Shown piece after piece: positions 35,240-45,520 of a stretch of DNA of 64,000 nucleotides. The position numbers and the translations under genes were made by a program. The notes under the pieces were generated by a model. The model was not told the DNA's origin, did not search any database, and worked only from the letters and a program-made list of their open reading frames with translations. Source of the stretch: a virus; IMG/VR virus record IMGVR_UViG_3300034095_000254; one strand, 5' to 3'. How positions within the stretch are numbered: position 1 is the stretch's first letter; the number at the start of each line of letters is the position of its first letter.

Positions 35240-36342
35240 TAGTTCTGCCTTAAAATAATTACAGTAGAACCACCACTGTTAACTCTGTTCGTAATTTCAA
35301 CTGAACCTTGTAGTTGTTTTATTGTACTGTTCTGGTTCTTAGGAACAGTTACACTTTGTGTGTTGGAACCATCATTTCTAAAAAGAGTTACAGATACATC
35401 GTCAACCTCAGCAATAACTCCGCTGGTGGCAACATAATCTGGAAGCAATCCTGATTTACTATTGTTAAGTAAATCTAATTGTGCAGCCATTTGCGCATTA
35501 ATAATATCCAACACATTTGCTAAAAAGTTTTGATCAAGTAAATTTCTTGATAGTTTATCTTGAAAAACTTCTTTCTGTTGTGCATCTAAAGCATTGGCTA
35601 GTGAGTTCTCTCTTAAAAAGTCAATACTCAATGCTCCAGTTTGAGAAACTCTAGTTCTGTCTTCTTCTTTTTTAATTTCTTTTGGTGGTGAAACAATAAG
35701 CATATTGTTCAGCATATCAAAATTCAATAAATTGAGTACCACTGGTTTCATTGGAGCAAGTGAACGATCGTATACTTTAGTCGCTTCGAATGGTCTAGTT
35801 AGGGTAACTACACCACCATCAGTAATAACATCGATAATTCCAGTGTAACAATCTTTTAATACATCAACTGGTATTTTATTTCCTGGACATGTTGGAAGAA
35901 GAATAATCGTTGAAGCACCAACCTCATCTACAGTGGCAGTGAAGTCAGTACCACGAACTGCAACAGTGGCAGTTGGTGTATTGATGTTTACATTTTGATT
36001 GTTGTTGTGGGCGATTTGCCCAGATGCGTAACGAACAGTACCCAGAGCAACTTTCATTGCTAGTTTACCTGTCTTTGCTTTTGGATCATAGACAAAATCG
36101 TCAATGACCAGTCTAGAGTTTTCATTTATTTCTACTTTAGTATCATCTGCAAATGTAATACCAACTTTACCACGAGTTGTTTTAATTGCATCATTCATCT
36201 CAACACCAGTTCCCTTCGCACCAGAAATAGTTTCTTTATTTCTCTGGATTGAAGGGACTGCGTTTACCTGCTCAGTAATCTTACCCACTGCTGAAAATCC
36301 AATGGTAGGTAAAAGCACAAAACATAATATAAGGTATTTCAT
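35239..36342 (-). CDS. FecR-domain protein
   Basis: Signal peptide; ITFADDT.V.INENSRL.ID, INTPTATVAVRGTDF. Confidence 0.85.
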   Translation of the reverse strand: MKYLILCFVLLPTIGFSAVGKITEQVNAVPSIQRNKETISGAKGTGVEMNDAIKTTRGKVGITFADDTKVEINENSRLVIDDFVYDPKAKTGKLAMKVALGTVRYASGQIAHNNNQNVNINTPTATVAVRGTDFTATVDEVGASTIILLPTCPGNKIPVDVLKDCYTGIIDVITDGGVVTLTRPFEATKVYDRSLAPMKPVVLNLLNFDMLNNMLIVSPPKEIKKEEDRTRVSQTGALSIDFLRENSLANALDAQQKEVFQDKLSRNLLDQNFLANVLDIINAQMAAQLDLLNNSKSGLLPDYVATSGVIAEVDDVSVTLFRNDGSNTQSVTVPKNQNSTIKQLQGSVEITNRVNSGGSTVIILRQN

Positions 36343-36343
36343 T

Positions 36344-37150
36344 TTACTTGTTCTGTATAACTGTTACATTATTACCTGAACCTACACCAGCGTAGTTGAA
36401 TATATTATTACCACCAGATAGATTACTCTGTGTTAGCGCAGTGTTGTTTCCAGATCCAGTAATATTAATGACTGCTTGGTTATCACCAGTTTGATTAATC
36501 GTTGTTGTATTAGTTGCACCAAGTGTAGTTAAACTAACATCGTTCTTACCTTGACTTTGATTAATCGCAGTTGTATTACCGCCACCACCAGTTTGATTAA
36601 CACTAACTGTAGATGTAGTATCGCTGCTCTGATTAACAGATAAACTATTATTGTTACCACCGCTTTGTATTGCAGTGATGCTATTATTTGGACCAGTACC
36701 AGTTTGATCAATATTCAACAGAGAGAAATTTCCTAGTTGTTGAACATCAATTATTGGACTATCATTTGCCAGTCCAGGATTCATGCTTTTAATTGTTGCA
36801 TCTGCATTATTACCTGTTACGCTATAACGAATGTTAGGTGTCCCTGTTCCACCTGTTGTAGTATCAATACCAAATCTCAACATGTTACTACTACCAATCT
36901 GATCAACAACTACGGTATTGTTATTACCCCAAATTTTTGCTGGGGTTATACTACTAGTGCCAACTCCAGGTAAACCTCTTACCGTATTTCCAGCACCATC
37001 TTGGGTTATTGTAATCGTGCTGTTATCACCAGCCTGATCGACATATATGCTGTTATCCGCAGCATATCCCGACATTGACATCGCAGCCAATGTTAGAATT
37101 GCAGTAAGTTTTCTCGGAATACTGCCGTTTCCTTTGATTCTTCTTGACAT
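36344..37150 (-). CDS. Curlin-repeat (CsgA/B-like) protein
   Basis: Signal peptide; about 10 repeats of I-x-Q-x-G-x-x-N (YVDQAGDN, ITQDGAGN, INQTGDN). Confidence 0.8.
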   Translation of the reverse strand: MSRRIKGNGSIPRKLTAILTLAAMSMSGYAADNSIYVDQAGDNSTITITQDGAGNTVRGLPGVGTSSITPAKIWGNNNTVVVDQIGSSNMLRFGIDTTTGGTGTPNIRYSVTGNNADATIKSMNPGLANDSPIIDVQQLGNFSLLNIDQTGTGPNNSITAIQSGGNNNSLSVNQSSDTTSTVSVNQTGGGGNTTAINQSQGKNDVSLTTLGATNTTTINQTGDNQAVINITGSGNNTALTQSNLSGGNNIFNYAGVGSGNNVTVIQNK

Positions 37151-37174
37151 CTTTTTATGAATTAGGTTAAAACC

Positions 37175-38335
37175 CTAATTCTTCTCCTTTAGGTTTTCTC
37201 TTTTGGTATATCCTTTTCTCCCGTTTTTATCTTTAACTTCTACCCACTCACTACTACTGTCAACTGGGCTACTAATTACGACTTCTGTATCTTTACCAAA
37301 GAACCACATTCTCAGTGGTCCATCTGGTGACAATTTAACATAAACATCTTTTATCAAAATCATAACTGAAGGTTTCACCTCTGGCTTCTTTTCTTCAACC
37401 TTTGGTTCTTCTTTCTTTTCAGGTATAATAACTACCTCTGGTTTCTTTTCTTCAACTTTCTTTTCAGGTATAATAACTACCTCTGGTTTCTTTTCTTCAA
37501 CTTTCTTTTCAGGTATGATGACTTCAGGTATAACAATAGGAGCAGTGACTACTGGTTTCTTGTAATCCCACACACCTCTTCTTTCACCTTCTTTTATTAA
37601 CTCAACAACTGCTGCTTCAATAGTTGCCTTCACTGCCAATGTTCCTGGCTCATTAATAGTCAAACCTGCCTCAGCTTCGAATCCCTGAGTGCCATTATTT
37701 AAAAACTTTAATACAGCCACAGAATCGGCTGTTGAATATACAACTTTAGTCACAGTGACTGCTACCAATACTTTACCTGTATTGACAGATACTGCTCTTA
37801 AAGATACTGTTACCGTATCCTTTGAATATTGTGTTTGAGTTCCGATACCAAGAAACCTATGTGCAGCACCACCTGATTCAGAACCAGAATCATAACCAAT
37901 AATACCACCTTCCATAATCAATCCAGCAAATTGAAGTGGCATTAGTGGTTTTGCTTCTTTACCTTCATATGCTTCACGCATCTGACGAATGATAGTTCTT
38001 TCCTTTGTCAGATTATCCACATTCACTCGTTCAACTACATCGAACCATTGTGCTCTTCCAACATCTTGTAAAGCACGAATTAAAAACACTTCACCACCTT
38101 GCGTAACTGCTGATGAAAACGAAGCTATTCCTGGAGTTGGTTTCTTTTGTCCAGTTTTATCAGTAAAACTATAAACAGCAACTGTTACTTTTTTACCATC
38201 TGGTGATGGAATAGCATCAAACTCTTTCTCGAGTTTGTTGGGTGCTACCTCTGGTTTGTATTCAAGTCCAGCTTTCTGTATTACTGCGCACCCCGAAAGC
38301 AATAGGATTAGAACGGATAAAACTACATTTCTCAT
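37175..38335 (-). CDS. csgG: Curli secretion channel CsgG with C-terminal repeat linker and SH3-like domain
   Basis: Lipobox LSGC; VAVYSFTDKTGQ.KP, FSSAVTQG, WFDVVER, LTKER.IIR, EGGIIGYD, D.VTVSLRAVSV.TG. Confidence 0.9.
   Translation of the reverse strand: MRNVVLSVLILLLSGCAVIQKAGLEYKPEVAPNKLEKEFDAIPSPDGKKVTVAVYSFTDKTGQKKPTPGIASFSSAVTQGGEVFLIRALQDVGRAQWFDVVERVNVDNLTKERTIIRQMREAYEGKEAKPLMPLQFAGLIMEGGIIGYDSGSESGGAAHRFLGIGTQTQYSKDTVTVSLRAVSVNTGKVLVAVTVTKVVYSTADSVAVLKFLNNGTQGFEAEAGLTINEPGTLAVKATIEAAVVELIKEGERRGVWDYKKPVVTAPIVIPEVIIPEKKVEEKKPEVVIIPEKKVEEKKPEVVIIPEKKEEPKVEEKKPEVKPSVMILIKDVYVKLSPDGPLRMWFFGKDTEVVISSPVDSSSEWVEVKDKNGRKGYTKRENLKEKN
37411..37516. repeat. 45-bp tandem repeat (about 2.3 copies) encoding VEEKKPEVVIIPEKK
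   Basis: Units 37411-37455 and 37456-37500 identical, partial third. Confidence 0.9.
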
Positions 38336-38790
38336 TGAAATACAAACTGTCCTAGTGGTACAGTTACTGTAGTTTGATTTCCAACTGTATCAGTTACAGT
38401 GAGATATACATTCGAACTATCCTTAGTCCAAAAGATTGTATTACCTTCAAAGTTTAATGATCCGCTATTTGAACCTCCGTTGGCAAACATTGCGGTTGCC
38501 AAGTTTTGGGAGATCTGTGCGTAGATACGAGATTCTAAGTTGTTCATAAACTTAGCAATATTCGTATTTGCAGTTTCAGATTTTGCTTTATCTAATGCTG
38601 CTTGAATGTCTTTTGCTACTTGTTGTCTGCGAGTGAACTCTTGGTTCTCTATTGTGAGAACATGCGATGAGTATCCATTGCCATTAAAGGATGGAGATTT
38701 GAATGCAAAGTCTGGTAATGGTGTTGCATAACTATTCGTTATTACTAGACTCGCTATTACTACTAGGTTTTTTAAGTGATGCTTTAACAT
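38332..38790 (-). CDS. csgF: Curli assembly protein CsgF
   Basis: Signal peptide; FKSPSFNGNG..SHVL.IENQE; adjacent to csgG. Confidence 0.82.
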   Translation of the reverse strand: MLKHHLKNLVVIASLVITNSYATPLPDFAFKSPSFNGNGYSSHVLTIENQEFTRRQQVAKDIQAALDKAKSETANTNIAKFMNNLESRIYAQISQNLATAMFANGGSNSGSLNFEGNTIFWTKDSSNVYLTVTDTVGNQTTVTVPLGQFVFQ

Positions 38791-39049
38791 CTGTTTTTCC
38801 GCCATCTTCTGTGGTTTTACCTTGTTCTCGCAAAGACAAAATAACATTCACTTTCTGATTCAAACGGATAAGATCGTTATCCAACATCCTAATGCGATCG
38901 ATTAGATCAATCAGAACTTTACTAGCCTCACCTGTAACTGGTTTAATTTCTTCTGTTACCCACTTCCAAACATAATATACAAAATACCCCAACCCACCTG
39001 CTGCTACTATTGGGAATCCATACTTATTGACTAACTCAACAACATCCAT
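38732..39049 (-). CDS. Small membrane protein (paralog of 39242-39517)
   Basis: YGFPIVAAGGLGYFVY; LIDRIRMLDNDLIRL. Confidence 0.7.
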   Translation of the reverse strand: MDVVELVNKYGFPIVAAGGLGYFVYYVWKWVTEEIKPVTGEASKVLIDLIDRIRMLDNDLIRLNQKVNVILSLREQGKTTEDGGKTDVKASLKKPSSNSESSNNE

Positions 39050-39051
39050 GA

Positions 39052-39240
39052 TTACTCTGGCTTTCTATGTAGAATGACTCTGCCATCATCAGCAACTTTC
39101 ACCATCCATAAATCCCCATCTTTCCATTTTTCTGGTAGTCTTCCACCAACAGCTGGAAGTTCATACCCCTCTAATCTCATATCAGCATCAAGTATAATAG
39201 TATTGTTTTCTAAGTCAAAATTATAACCACAATATAACAT
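39052..39240 (-). CDS. Hypothetical protein
   Basis: ORF from MLYCGY. Confidence 0.55.
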   Translation of the reverse strand: MLYCGYNFDLENNTIILDADMRLEGYELPAVGGRLPEKWKDGDLWMVKVADDGRVILHRKPE

Positions 39241-39241
39241 G

Positions 39242-39517
39242 TTAATCTCTCCGTGCGTCACTTTGCTCTGCTCGAGCAATCCTGTCTAAATCTGGGGGAA
39301 TACCCAGTGCATGAGATACTTTCGTATCGATTCGAATAACATCATGATTCATTGCTGCAACTCTTTTATCAAGAGCCATGATGATACCTTTAATAGAGTT
39401 CACAGAACCTGTAACTCCAGCTAAAATGAATTTAAGTGTTAGGAATACGAAGTAACCTGCAGCTAGTGCAGCTGCAATTGGGAAACCAAGTTCCGCAACG
39501 ATTTTGAAGAATTCCAT
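39242..39517 (-). CDS. Small membrane protein
   Basis: LGFPIAAALAAGYFVF; LDKRVAAMNHDVIRID. Confidence 0.7.
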   Translation of the reverse strand: MEFFKIVAELGFPIAAALAAGYFVFLTLKFILAGVTGSVNSIKGIIMALDKRVAAMNHDVIRIDTKVSHALGIPPDLDRIARAEQSDARRD

Positions 39518-39558
39518 GTTAAATCCATATTGTTATAGTTTTTGAGGACTTTATAACT

Positions 39559-40749
39559 CTATTTAGGATTTATGTCATTCTTTATTTGTAACTCGTCAAC
39601 TTCTTTTTCGATAGTTTTTACACTAGGGGATGAAAACACACTCTGGACTTTATTTAAGAACGATTGTGCTTTCGGTGGTTTTTGTCCTGTTTCTTCTAGA
39701 TGACGACCAAGCTGTTTACGATTGTATAACTCTGGTTCCCAATCTTTAGTTGGTTCATCTACTTGTATTTCTGGAAGTTCAGATTCTAATAACTCATTTA
39801 CTTCTTTTTTGATTTCTTCTGGAACAATAGTTGTTTCGAGTTCTTCAGCTACTGGTTTAACTTCTTCTTTTTTGAGATGATGTGCCATGTAATCAAACAC
39901 ATAATTGTTCGTTAGTATTTCAGTCTCAACTTCTTTAGTTTTTTCTGGGAAGTCTTCAACAGGTGGTTTCTCAAAGAAATCATTCCACTTTCTAGTACCA
40001 GTATGTTTAAGATTCCAGTTTGCTGCAATTAACAAAAGAACTGCCAATGGATCAAATACAATAACGATGAGTATGGTGACGATGCGAACTGCTTTCTCAA
40101 GCATAGTAACATCATTCGCACTTTCGTCACCATATATCAATGCAGCAATATACTTAATTGGTCCTACTTCTGCTTCGACTTTACGGACTTCGCTGGCGAT
40201 TGGGGCACGCTCTTCGTTGTACTTGGCGATCTTGGTTTGCGCACTACCGATTTCGTTGAGGATTCTAACTCTGTCTTTTTGCTGGCTTCTACGGACGGTA
40301 ATGGCTCGCTCTGTTCCTTTTGCGTCATCGGTTCTTGCGATGGTTTGATCAACTTGAGCATCGAGTTGAGTAAGTTCTTTACGATTTGCATTGATATTTT
40401 CCTTTTCTGTTTTAATTTTCTCATCAATCAATGCTAATTTAGACTGAACATCTCCAGTAGGAATTGCTTGGTCTAAATGTGCCTTTGATAAGAATCCGAA
40501 AATGCCCATAGATGTTAATAACATTAACACTATTAAAGCACCCACAAAGTATGACTTCATCAATGCTGGAATTTCTTTCCAGTTTCGATAAAGCCATGAT
40601 GCAACTACGAGTTTCGATGCTTCAAGCAACGAACCCATAAGAGCAATCGGTACTACAGCTGCAGCAAAGATTGCGATGAGACCCATCACTGCGTAATATG
40701 CAGCAAGAGCCGACAACGATAGTGCAACTGTAAAAAGTAAATATGTCAT
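39559..40749 (-). CDS. Membrane coiled-coil protein
   Basis: Three N-terminal TMs, coiled coil, EAEVGPIKYIA, IVFDPLAV TM, acidic tail. Confidence 0.7.
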   Translation of the reverse strand: MTYLLFTVALSLSALAAYYAVMGLIAIFAAAVVPIALMGSLLEASKLVVASWLYRNWKEIPALMKSYFVGALIVLMLLTSMGIFGFLSKAHLDQAIPTGDVQSKLALIDEKIKTEKENINANRKELTQLDAQVDQTIARTDDAKGTERAITVRRSQQKDRVRILNEIGSAQTKIAKYNEERAPIASEVRKVEAEVGPIKYIAALIYGDESANDVTMLEKAVRIVTILIVIVFDPLAVLLLIAANWNLKHTGTRKWNDFFEKPPVEDFPEKTKEVETEILTNNYVFDYMAHHLKKEEVKPVAEELETTIVPEEIKKEVNELLESELPEIQVDEPTKDWEPELYNRKQLGRHLEETGQKPPKAQSFLNKVQSVFSSPSVKTIEKEVDELQIKNDINPK

Positions 40750-41171
40750 AGTTTGTTTTTAATATGAGAGCCATGGACTCGGACAGAAATCTGTCCATTG
40801 TAGTAGTCATCTGTCTCCAACACCTTTCGTGCAAACTGTTCTCGTGCTTCTATGTAAGAACATTCAGCTTTGGATTTACAAAAGAAAAGAATCTCACGAA
40901 CAAAGTTATCTTTGCCGAGAGACTCTACATCTTTATTTAGTTCTATACTTGAACCATAGTACTCCATCCAATCAGAGTCTATTTTACTACGAATCTTTTT
41001 TCGTTTCTTTGTTCCGTTTTTCTGCTTCACCATCTTGTATGTAGTTTTGGAAAACTTGGATAGTTTCTTACCCACATACATACGACTACTGGACTTGTTC
41101 GTAATTAAATAAACAAATCCAACGCAGTCTTCAGGTAGTTCTTCAATAAGTTCGTTATTATAAAGCCACAT
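40746..41171 (-). CDS. GIY-YIG family endonuclease
   Basis: GFVYLITN...MYVGKK, YYGSS, REIL, YYNG. Confidence 0.82.
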   Translation of the reverse strand: MWLYNNELIEELPEDCVGFVYLITNKSSSRMYVGKKLSKFSKTTYKMVKQKNGTKKRKKIRSKIDSDWMEYYGSSIELNKDVESLGKDNFVREILFFCKSKAECSYIEAREQFARKVLETDDYYNGQISVRVHGSHIKNKL

Positions 41172-41199
41172 TAGAATAATCAGTAGTGTAAACTACTAT

Positions 41200-41346
41200 T
41201 TATTCTTCCTCTTCGTAATCGTCTTCTTCGTAAATATCAGCAGAGCACACAGGGCAGTAAACGATATCTTCTATTCGTTCTTCTGACTTGAGGATAATCT
41301 TACCTCTCGCCTGACATTCATTACATTCAAAAATCTTAGTTGTCAT
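41200..41346 (-). CDS. Small zinc-ribbon protein with acidic tail (48 aa)
   Basis: Manual ORF MTTKIFECNEC...CPVCSADIYEEDDYEEEE. Confidence 0.65.
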   Translation of the reverse strand: MTTKIFECNECQARGKIILKSEERIEDIVYCPVCSADIYEEDDYEEEE

Positions 41347-42046
41347 TTTTGACCCTTGCTAATTTTAAATTCTCTAATATCTTAAACCACATCCAACCAA
41401 TGTCGAACTCAAACCATCGTCTGCTTAATTTAGGGTTTGCTGGTTCAGCGTGATGATTGTTATGCAGTTCTTCACCACCAATTATGATTCCAAGCATTGA
41501 TATGTTCTTTGAACGATCTTTGGTATCAGTGTTACGATAACCAAACCAATGCCCAACACCATTAACTATACCTGCTGCCCAGAAAGGAATCCAAATCATT
41601 TGAATACCCCATAGAAGCAGACCAATCCAACCAAACAAAATAATATTGATGGCTAACATAATCATGATACCTGCTCTGCTATGTTTAGAGTAGATGTTAT
41701 TTTCCATCCAATCATCTGGAGTTCCAACTCCGTATTGATCAACCATTGCTTTATTTTTACTGGCTTCATGATAAAGTAAAGCACCACCAAACACCACTCT
41801 CCAAATACCATAGACATGAGGTGAATGCGGATCACCTTCTTTATCAGAGTTCTGATGATGCTTACGATGTATGGCTACCCACTGTTTAGTTACCATACCA
41901 GTAGTTAGCCACAACCAGAAACGCATGAAGTGCGCAACAGCTGGATGGAAAGTTATTCCTCTGTGTGTCTGTCCTCTATGAAGATATAGAGTGACACACA
42001 CAATTGTAATGTGTGTCATGAGCAACAGATAGATTAATTCTATCAC
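41336..42046 (-). CDS. Membrane fatty acid (delta-9-type) desaturase
   Basis: His boxes HRGQTH, HRKHH, HNNHH. Confidence 0.92.
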   Translation of the reverse strand: MIELIYLLLMTHITIVCVTLYLHRGQTHRGITFHPAVAHFMRFWLWLTTGMVTKQWVAIHRKHHQNSDKEGDPHSPHVYGIWRVVFGGALLYHEASKNKAMVDQYGVGTPDDWMENNIYSKHSRAGIMIMLAINIILFGWIGLLLWGIQMIWIPFWAAGIVNGVGHWFGYRNTDTKDRSKNISMLGIIIGGEELHNNHHAEPANPKLSRRWFEFDIGWMWFKILENLKLARVKNDN

Positions 42047-43035
42047 GCTGCTTTACCCCATACATCACCCCATGTGCCAGACAAAGCACCTTTAGCATAA
42101 TCAGTCACACGATTCTCAAAGAAGTTTCCGTGTACTGGTGCATTGATCATTTCTTCAACCCATGGTAGTGGATTCTTTTTAACTTTAAAGATACCCTTCA
42201 TGCCAAGAGAAATTAGACGACGATCTGCAATGTAACGAATATATTGTTTAACATCCGATGCAGACAGTTCACGCATATCACCAGCATGGTAGCAGAGATC
42301 AATAAACTTATCTTCTAACTCTACCATTCTCTCAGCGATTGTATATATCTTGCTCTTTAGTTCATCATTCCAGATCTCAGGATTCTCTTTGATATACTCA
42401 CGGAACAACTTAATCATCGACTCAGCGTGGATTGTTTCATCGGCAATAGACCAAGTAACAATTTGACCCATACCTTTCATAAGACCATGACGAGGAAAAT
42501 TAAGAAGCATAATAAAAGAACTGAATAACTGCATACCCTCAGTAAAAGCAGAGAATACAGCGATATGCTCAGCAGTGCTAGCAATTGTCCCATTTCTACT
42601 AGAAATGTCGAGAACATAATCATGTTTATCTTTCATCTCCTGATATTCTAGAAACTGATTGTATGTGGTCTCAGGCAAACCCAATGTTTCAATCAAGTGT
42701 GAATACGCAGCAATGTGTAATGCTTCTCTTGCTGCAAAACCCATCAACATCATTCTTATTTCAGGTTGTGGGAAATAAGGCAAATAATTATTAACATAAC
42801 CACCAGCAACATCAATGTCTCCTTGAGTGAAGAATCGGAAGATGTTTGTGAGGAATTGTTTTTCTTCATTTGTTAGTTTCTTTTTCCAATCTTTAACATC
42901 TTCTGCCATTGGAACTTCTGAATGTAACCAATGTGCTTGTTCATGTTTCAACCAAGCATCATATGCCCATGGATAGTTGAATGGCTTGAAGTATGTTCTT
43001 TGATCTGTTAGTCTTGATTTTGTTTTAGTTATCAT
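42043..43035 (-). CDS. nrdB: Ribonucleotide reductase class Ia beta subunit
   Basis: FFTQGD, EALHIAAY, EGMQLFSSF, DETIH, NFFENRVTDY. Confidence 0.95.
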   Translation of the reverse strand: MITKTKSRLTDQRTYFKPFNYPWAYDAWLKHEQAHWLHSEVPMAEDVKDWKKKLTNEEKQFLTNIFRFFTQGDIDVAGGYVNNYLPYFPQPEIRMMLMGFAAREALHIAAYSHLIETLGLPETTYNQFLEYQEMKDKHDYVLDISSRNGTIASTAEHIAVFSAFTEGMQLFSSFIMLLNFPRHGLMKGMGQIVTWSIADETIHAESMIKLFREYIKENPEIWNDELKSKIYTIAERMVELEDKFIDLCYHAGDMRELSASDVKQYIRYIADRRLISLGMKGIFKVKKNPLPWVEEMINAPVHGNFFENRVTDYAKGALSGTWGDVWGKAA

Positions 43036-43036
43036 T

Positions 43037-44833
43037 TTATCCTTCGCAAGCCATGCATGCGCCATCCTCGGTAGTTAATGCAGTTAAGTCAATTTCTTTG
43101 ATAATGTCTCGTTCAATTCGCTTTGATACCTTGTCTGCTTTGGCGATCTTATCACTACGGCAGTAGTACATAGTCTTCAATCCAGACTTCCATGCTTGAA
43201 AATGCACGGCATGAATATACTTGATGTGACTATCTGGTCTAAAGAATACATTTAACGATTGTGCTTGATCGATATGTTGTTGCCTGTCGGAAGCGTGTTG
43301 AATGACCCAACGCTGGTCGATTTCCATAGAAGTCTTGAAAACATCTTTCTCCCATTCTCCCAGCCAATCCAAGTGCTGAACACTACCATCATTCGCAATA
43401 ATCGAACTCCATATTTCTTGGACATCTGCCTTGGGATTTGAAATAACATAATCAGTAACGACCTTATCAAGATACTTATTTTTATTTAAGTGAGAACCCG
43501 ATAAAGTGTCTTGACGATAAGCGTTAGCCCTATAAGGTTCAATACTAGGAGAGGTATTGCCCATAAGAATGGAAGAACTAGCATTGGGAGCAATTGCCAT
43601 GAGATGGCTGAACCGATTGCCAGTGCCTTGAGCATCAGGAGCCTCACCTCTCTCCATTCCAAGTTCTTTGTTAGCGACATCTAGTTTCTCTCTTATATTT
43701 TTAAAGATACTTTTGTTTTTACCAACTGCCAGTGATGATTCCCACGGAAGATTATTCTTCTGTAGATATGCATGCCAACCTAACGCACCAACACCGATAC
43801 TTCTTTCACGAGTTGCTGAGTACTTTGCACGCTTAATTGTGGAAGGAGCATGATCAATAAAATACTGAAGAACATTGTCAAGCATTTCCGCAACATCACG
43901 AAGGAACTGTGGTTCGTCTTTCCAGTCATCATAATACTCCAAATTCAAAGATGATAAACAACATACTGCTGTTCGTTTCTCATTTGTTGGCAGAATAATC
44001 TCTGAGCATAGATTTGATTGGTGAATCTCTAAACCAAGATCCTTTAACCATTGTGGCATTTTACGATTTGATTCATCAATAAAATGTAGGTATGGTTCAC
44101 CTGTCATCATACGCATCTCGAGGATTCGTTGCCATAATTCTTTGGCTGATACAGTCTCACGAATTTCATTGGAAGCAGGATCGACTAATTTCCAAGAGTC
44201 ATCAAACTCTGGATCAATCATACACTGTTCAATGATTTCCATAAACGCATCTGGAATGTTAATCCCGTGATGCATGTTCAGAGTGCGCATATTCTGGTCG
44301 CCTGTCGGCTTGCGCATCTCTAAGAAATTAATAATATCTGGATGGCTGATATCGAGATAAGCAGCATAACTGCCACGACGAGTGCGACCTTGCCGATATG
44401 CCAGACTTGACGCATCGTACATTTTGAGGTGAGGCATAACACCAGTAGATTTGTCATCTGCCGAACGAATACCAAAACCAATCCCAACACCGCCACCAAG
44501 CATAGAAAGCCAATTAGTTTCACTAAGATTATCAACTAAACCCTCCGCAGTATCTTCAATATAGTTAAGGAAACATGATATAGGAAGACCACGCTTACTA
44601 CGACCAAAAGATAAAATGGGAGTAGAATAAGAGAGCCAATGCTTACTGCTGTACTCATATAACCTTTGCGCATGTTCTGGATTACTCCCAAATTTATTTG
44701 AAACAAAAGCAAATCTTTCTTGAGGACTTACCTCATCATCTTTCATATAAGATTCTTTTAATCGAATCATTCCTAACTCATCAAACAGATTATCACGAGT
44801 GTAATCTACCGTTATGCCATGCACAAGTTCCAT
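43037..44833 (-). CDS. nrdA: Ribonucleotide reductase class Ia alpha subunit
   Basis: ISCF, SNLCSEI, VCCL, AIAPNASSS, KTMYY, C-terminal CMAC. Confidence 0.95.
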   Translation of the reverse strand: MELVHGITVDYTRDNLFDELGMIRLKESYMKDDEVSPQERFAFVSNKFGSNPEHAQRLYEYSSKHWLSYSTPILSFGRSKRGLPISCFLNYIEDTAEGLVDNLSETNWLSMLGGGVGIGFGIRSADDKSTGVMPHLKMYDASSLAYRQGRTRRGSYAAYLDISHPDIINFLEMRKPTGDQNMRTLNMHHGINIPDAFMEIIEQCMIDPEFDDSWKLVDPASNEIRETVSAKELWQRILEMRMMTGEPYLHFIDESNRKMPQWLKDLGLEIHQSNLCSEIILPTNEKRTAVCCLSSLNLEYYDDWKDEPQFLRDVAEMLDNVLQYFIDHAPSTIKRAKYSATRERSIGVGALGWHAYLQKNNLPWESSLAVGKNKSIFKNIREKLDVANKELGMERGEAPDAQGTGNRFSHLMAIAPNASSSILMGNTSPSIEPYRANAYRQDTLSGSHLNKNKYLDKVVTDYVISNPKADVQEIWSSIIANDGSVQHLDWLGEWEKDVFKTSMEIDQRWVIQHASDRQQHIDQAQSLNVFFRPDSHIKYIHAVHFQAWKSGLKTMYYCRSDKIAKADKVSKRIERDIIKEIDLTALTTEDGACMACEG

Positions 44834-44851
44834 ATATAGCCCCAAAATTTA

Positions 44852-45520
44852 TTATAGTTTTACTAATTCGTTCGCCAGAGGAAATACCTCAGCAATTACC
44901 TTTGCGCATTGTCGTGCGACTTCTTGGTGTTCCTTCTGTGTACCATTTGCCGATCGTAATTCAATGAAGTGGATCCATGATCGTATAGTGCCATTCATGT
45001 ATAAACGAGAAACAGTTAGTCCTTCTGGCAGTACTGCTCTTGCTTGTTCTTTGGCAATCCCATTTTCGATTGCCCATGCATATGCTTCTTCGGCTTCTCT
45101 AATTACTCGCTTCTGTCTTTCTTCCCACCATGTTGCCAATGCTAGATTTGTATTCTCAACGCTATTTTGACGATTCTTCGTATCTTGAAGTCGGGCTTCT
45201 CTAAGAACGAAAGATAAGTCTTTTGTTGGATCAGCATATCGCTGGCTAAATTCTTGGAACGAAAAAGAACGATGTCGCAAGATTTGTCTTGCTATGTCAC
45301 GAGTAGTTTCAATTTCTAAACAAGCACTGACCATTTCTAGTGGAGACCAATGCTGATGTTTAATTAAATACTTAATTAACTTCTCTGATGTATCTGTGTT
45401 GAACTGGTTGCTGGGATTACTAACTCTTGCGCAAAAGGCAACTAACTCTTGCACATCTACTAAACCTTCTTCAAACATTTCATCTGAAGGTTTACTATAA
45501 CTTACCATTCTGACATTCAT
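44852..45520 (-). CDS. thyX: Flavin-dependent thymidylate synthase
   Basis: HWSPLE, RQILRHRSFSFQEFSQRY. Confidence 0.95.
   Translation of the reverse strand: MNVRMVSYSKPSDEMFEEGLVDVQELVAFCARVSNPSNQFNTDTSEKLIKYLIKHQHWSPLEMVSACLEIETTRDIARQILRHRSFSFQEFSQRYADPTKDLSFVLREARLQDTKNRQNSVENTNLALATWWEERQKRVIREAEEAYAWAIENGIAKEQARAVLPEGLTVSRLYMNGTIRSWIHFIELRSANGTQKEHQEVARQCAKVIAEVFPLANELVKL

Noticed and set aside
42043-45520. Introns or inteins in nrdA, nrdB, thyX
   Set aside because: ORFs are continuous and of normal or short length.
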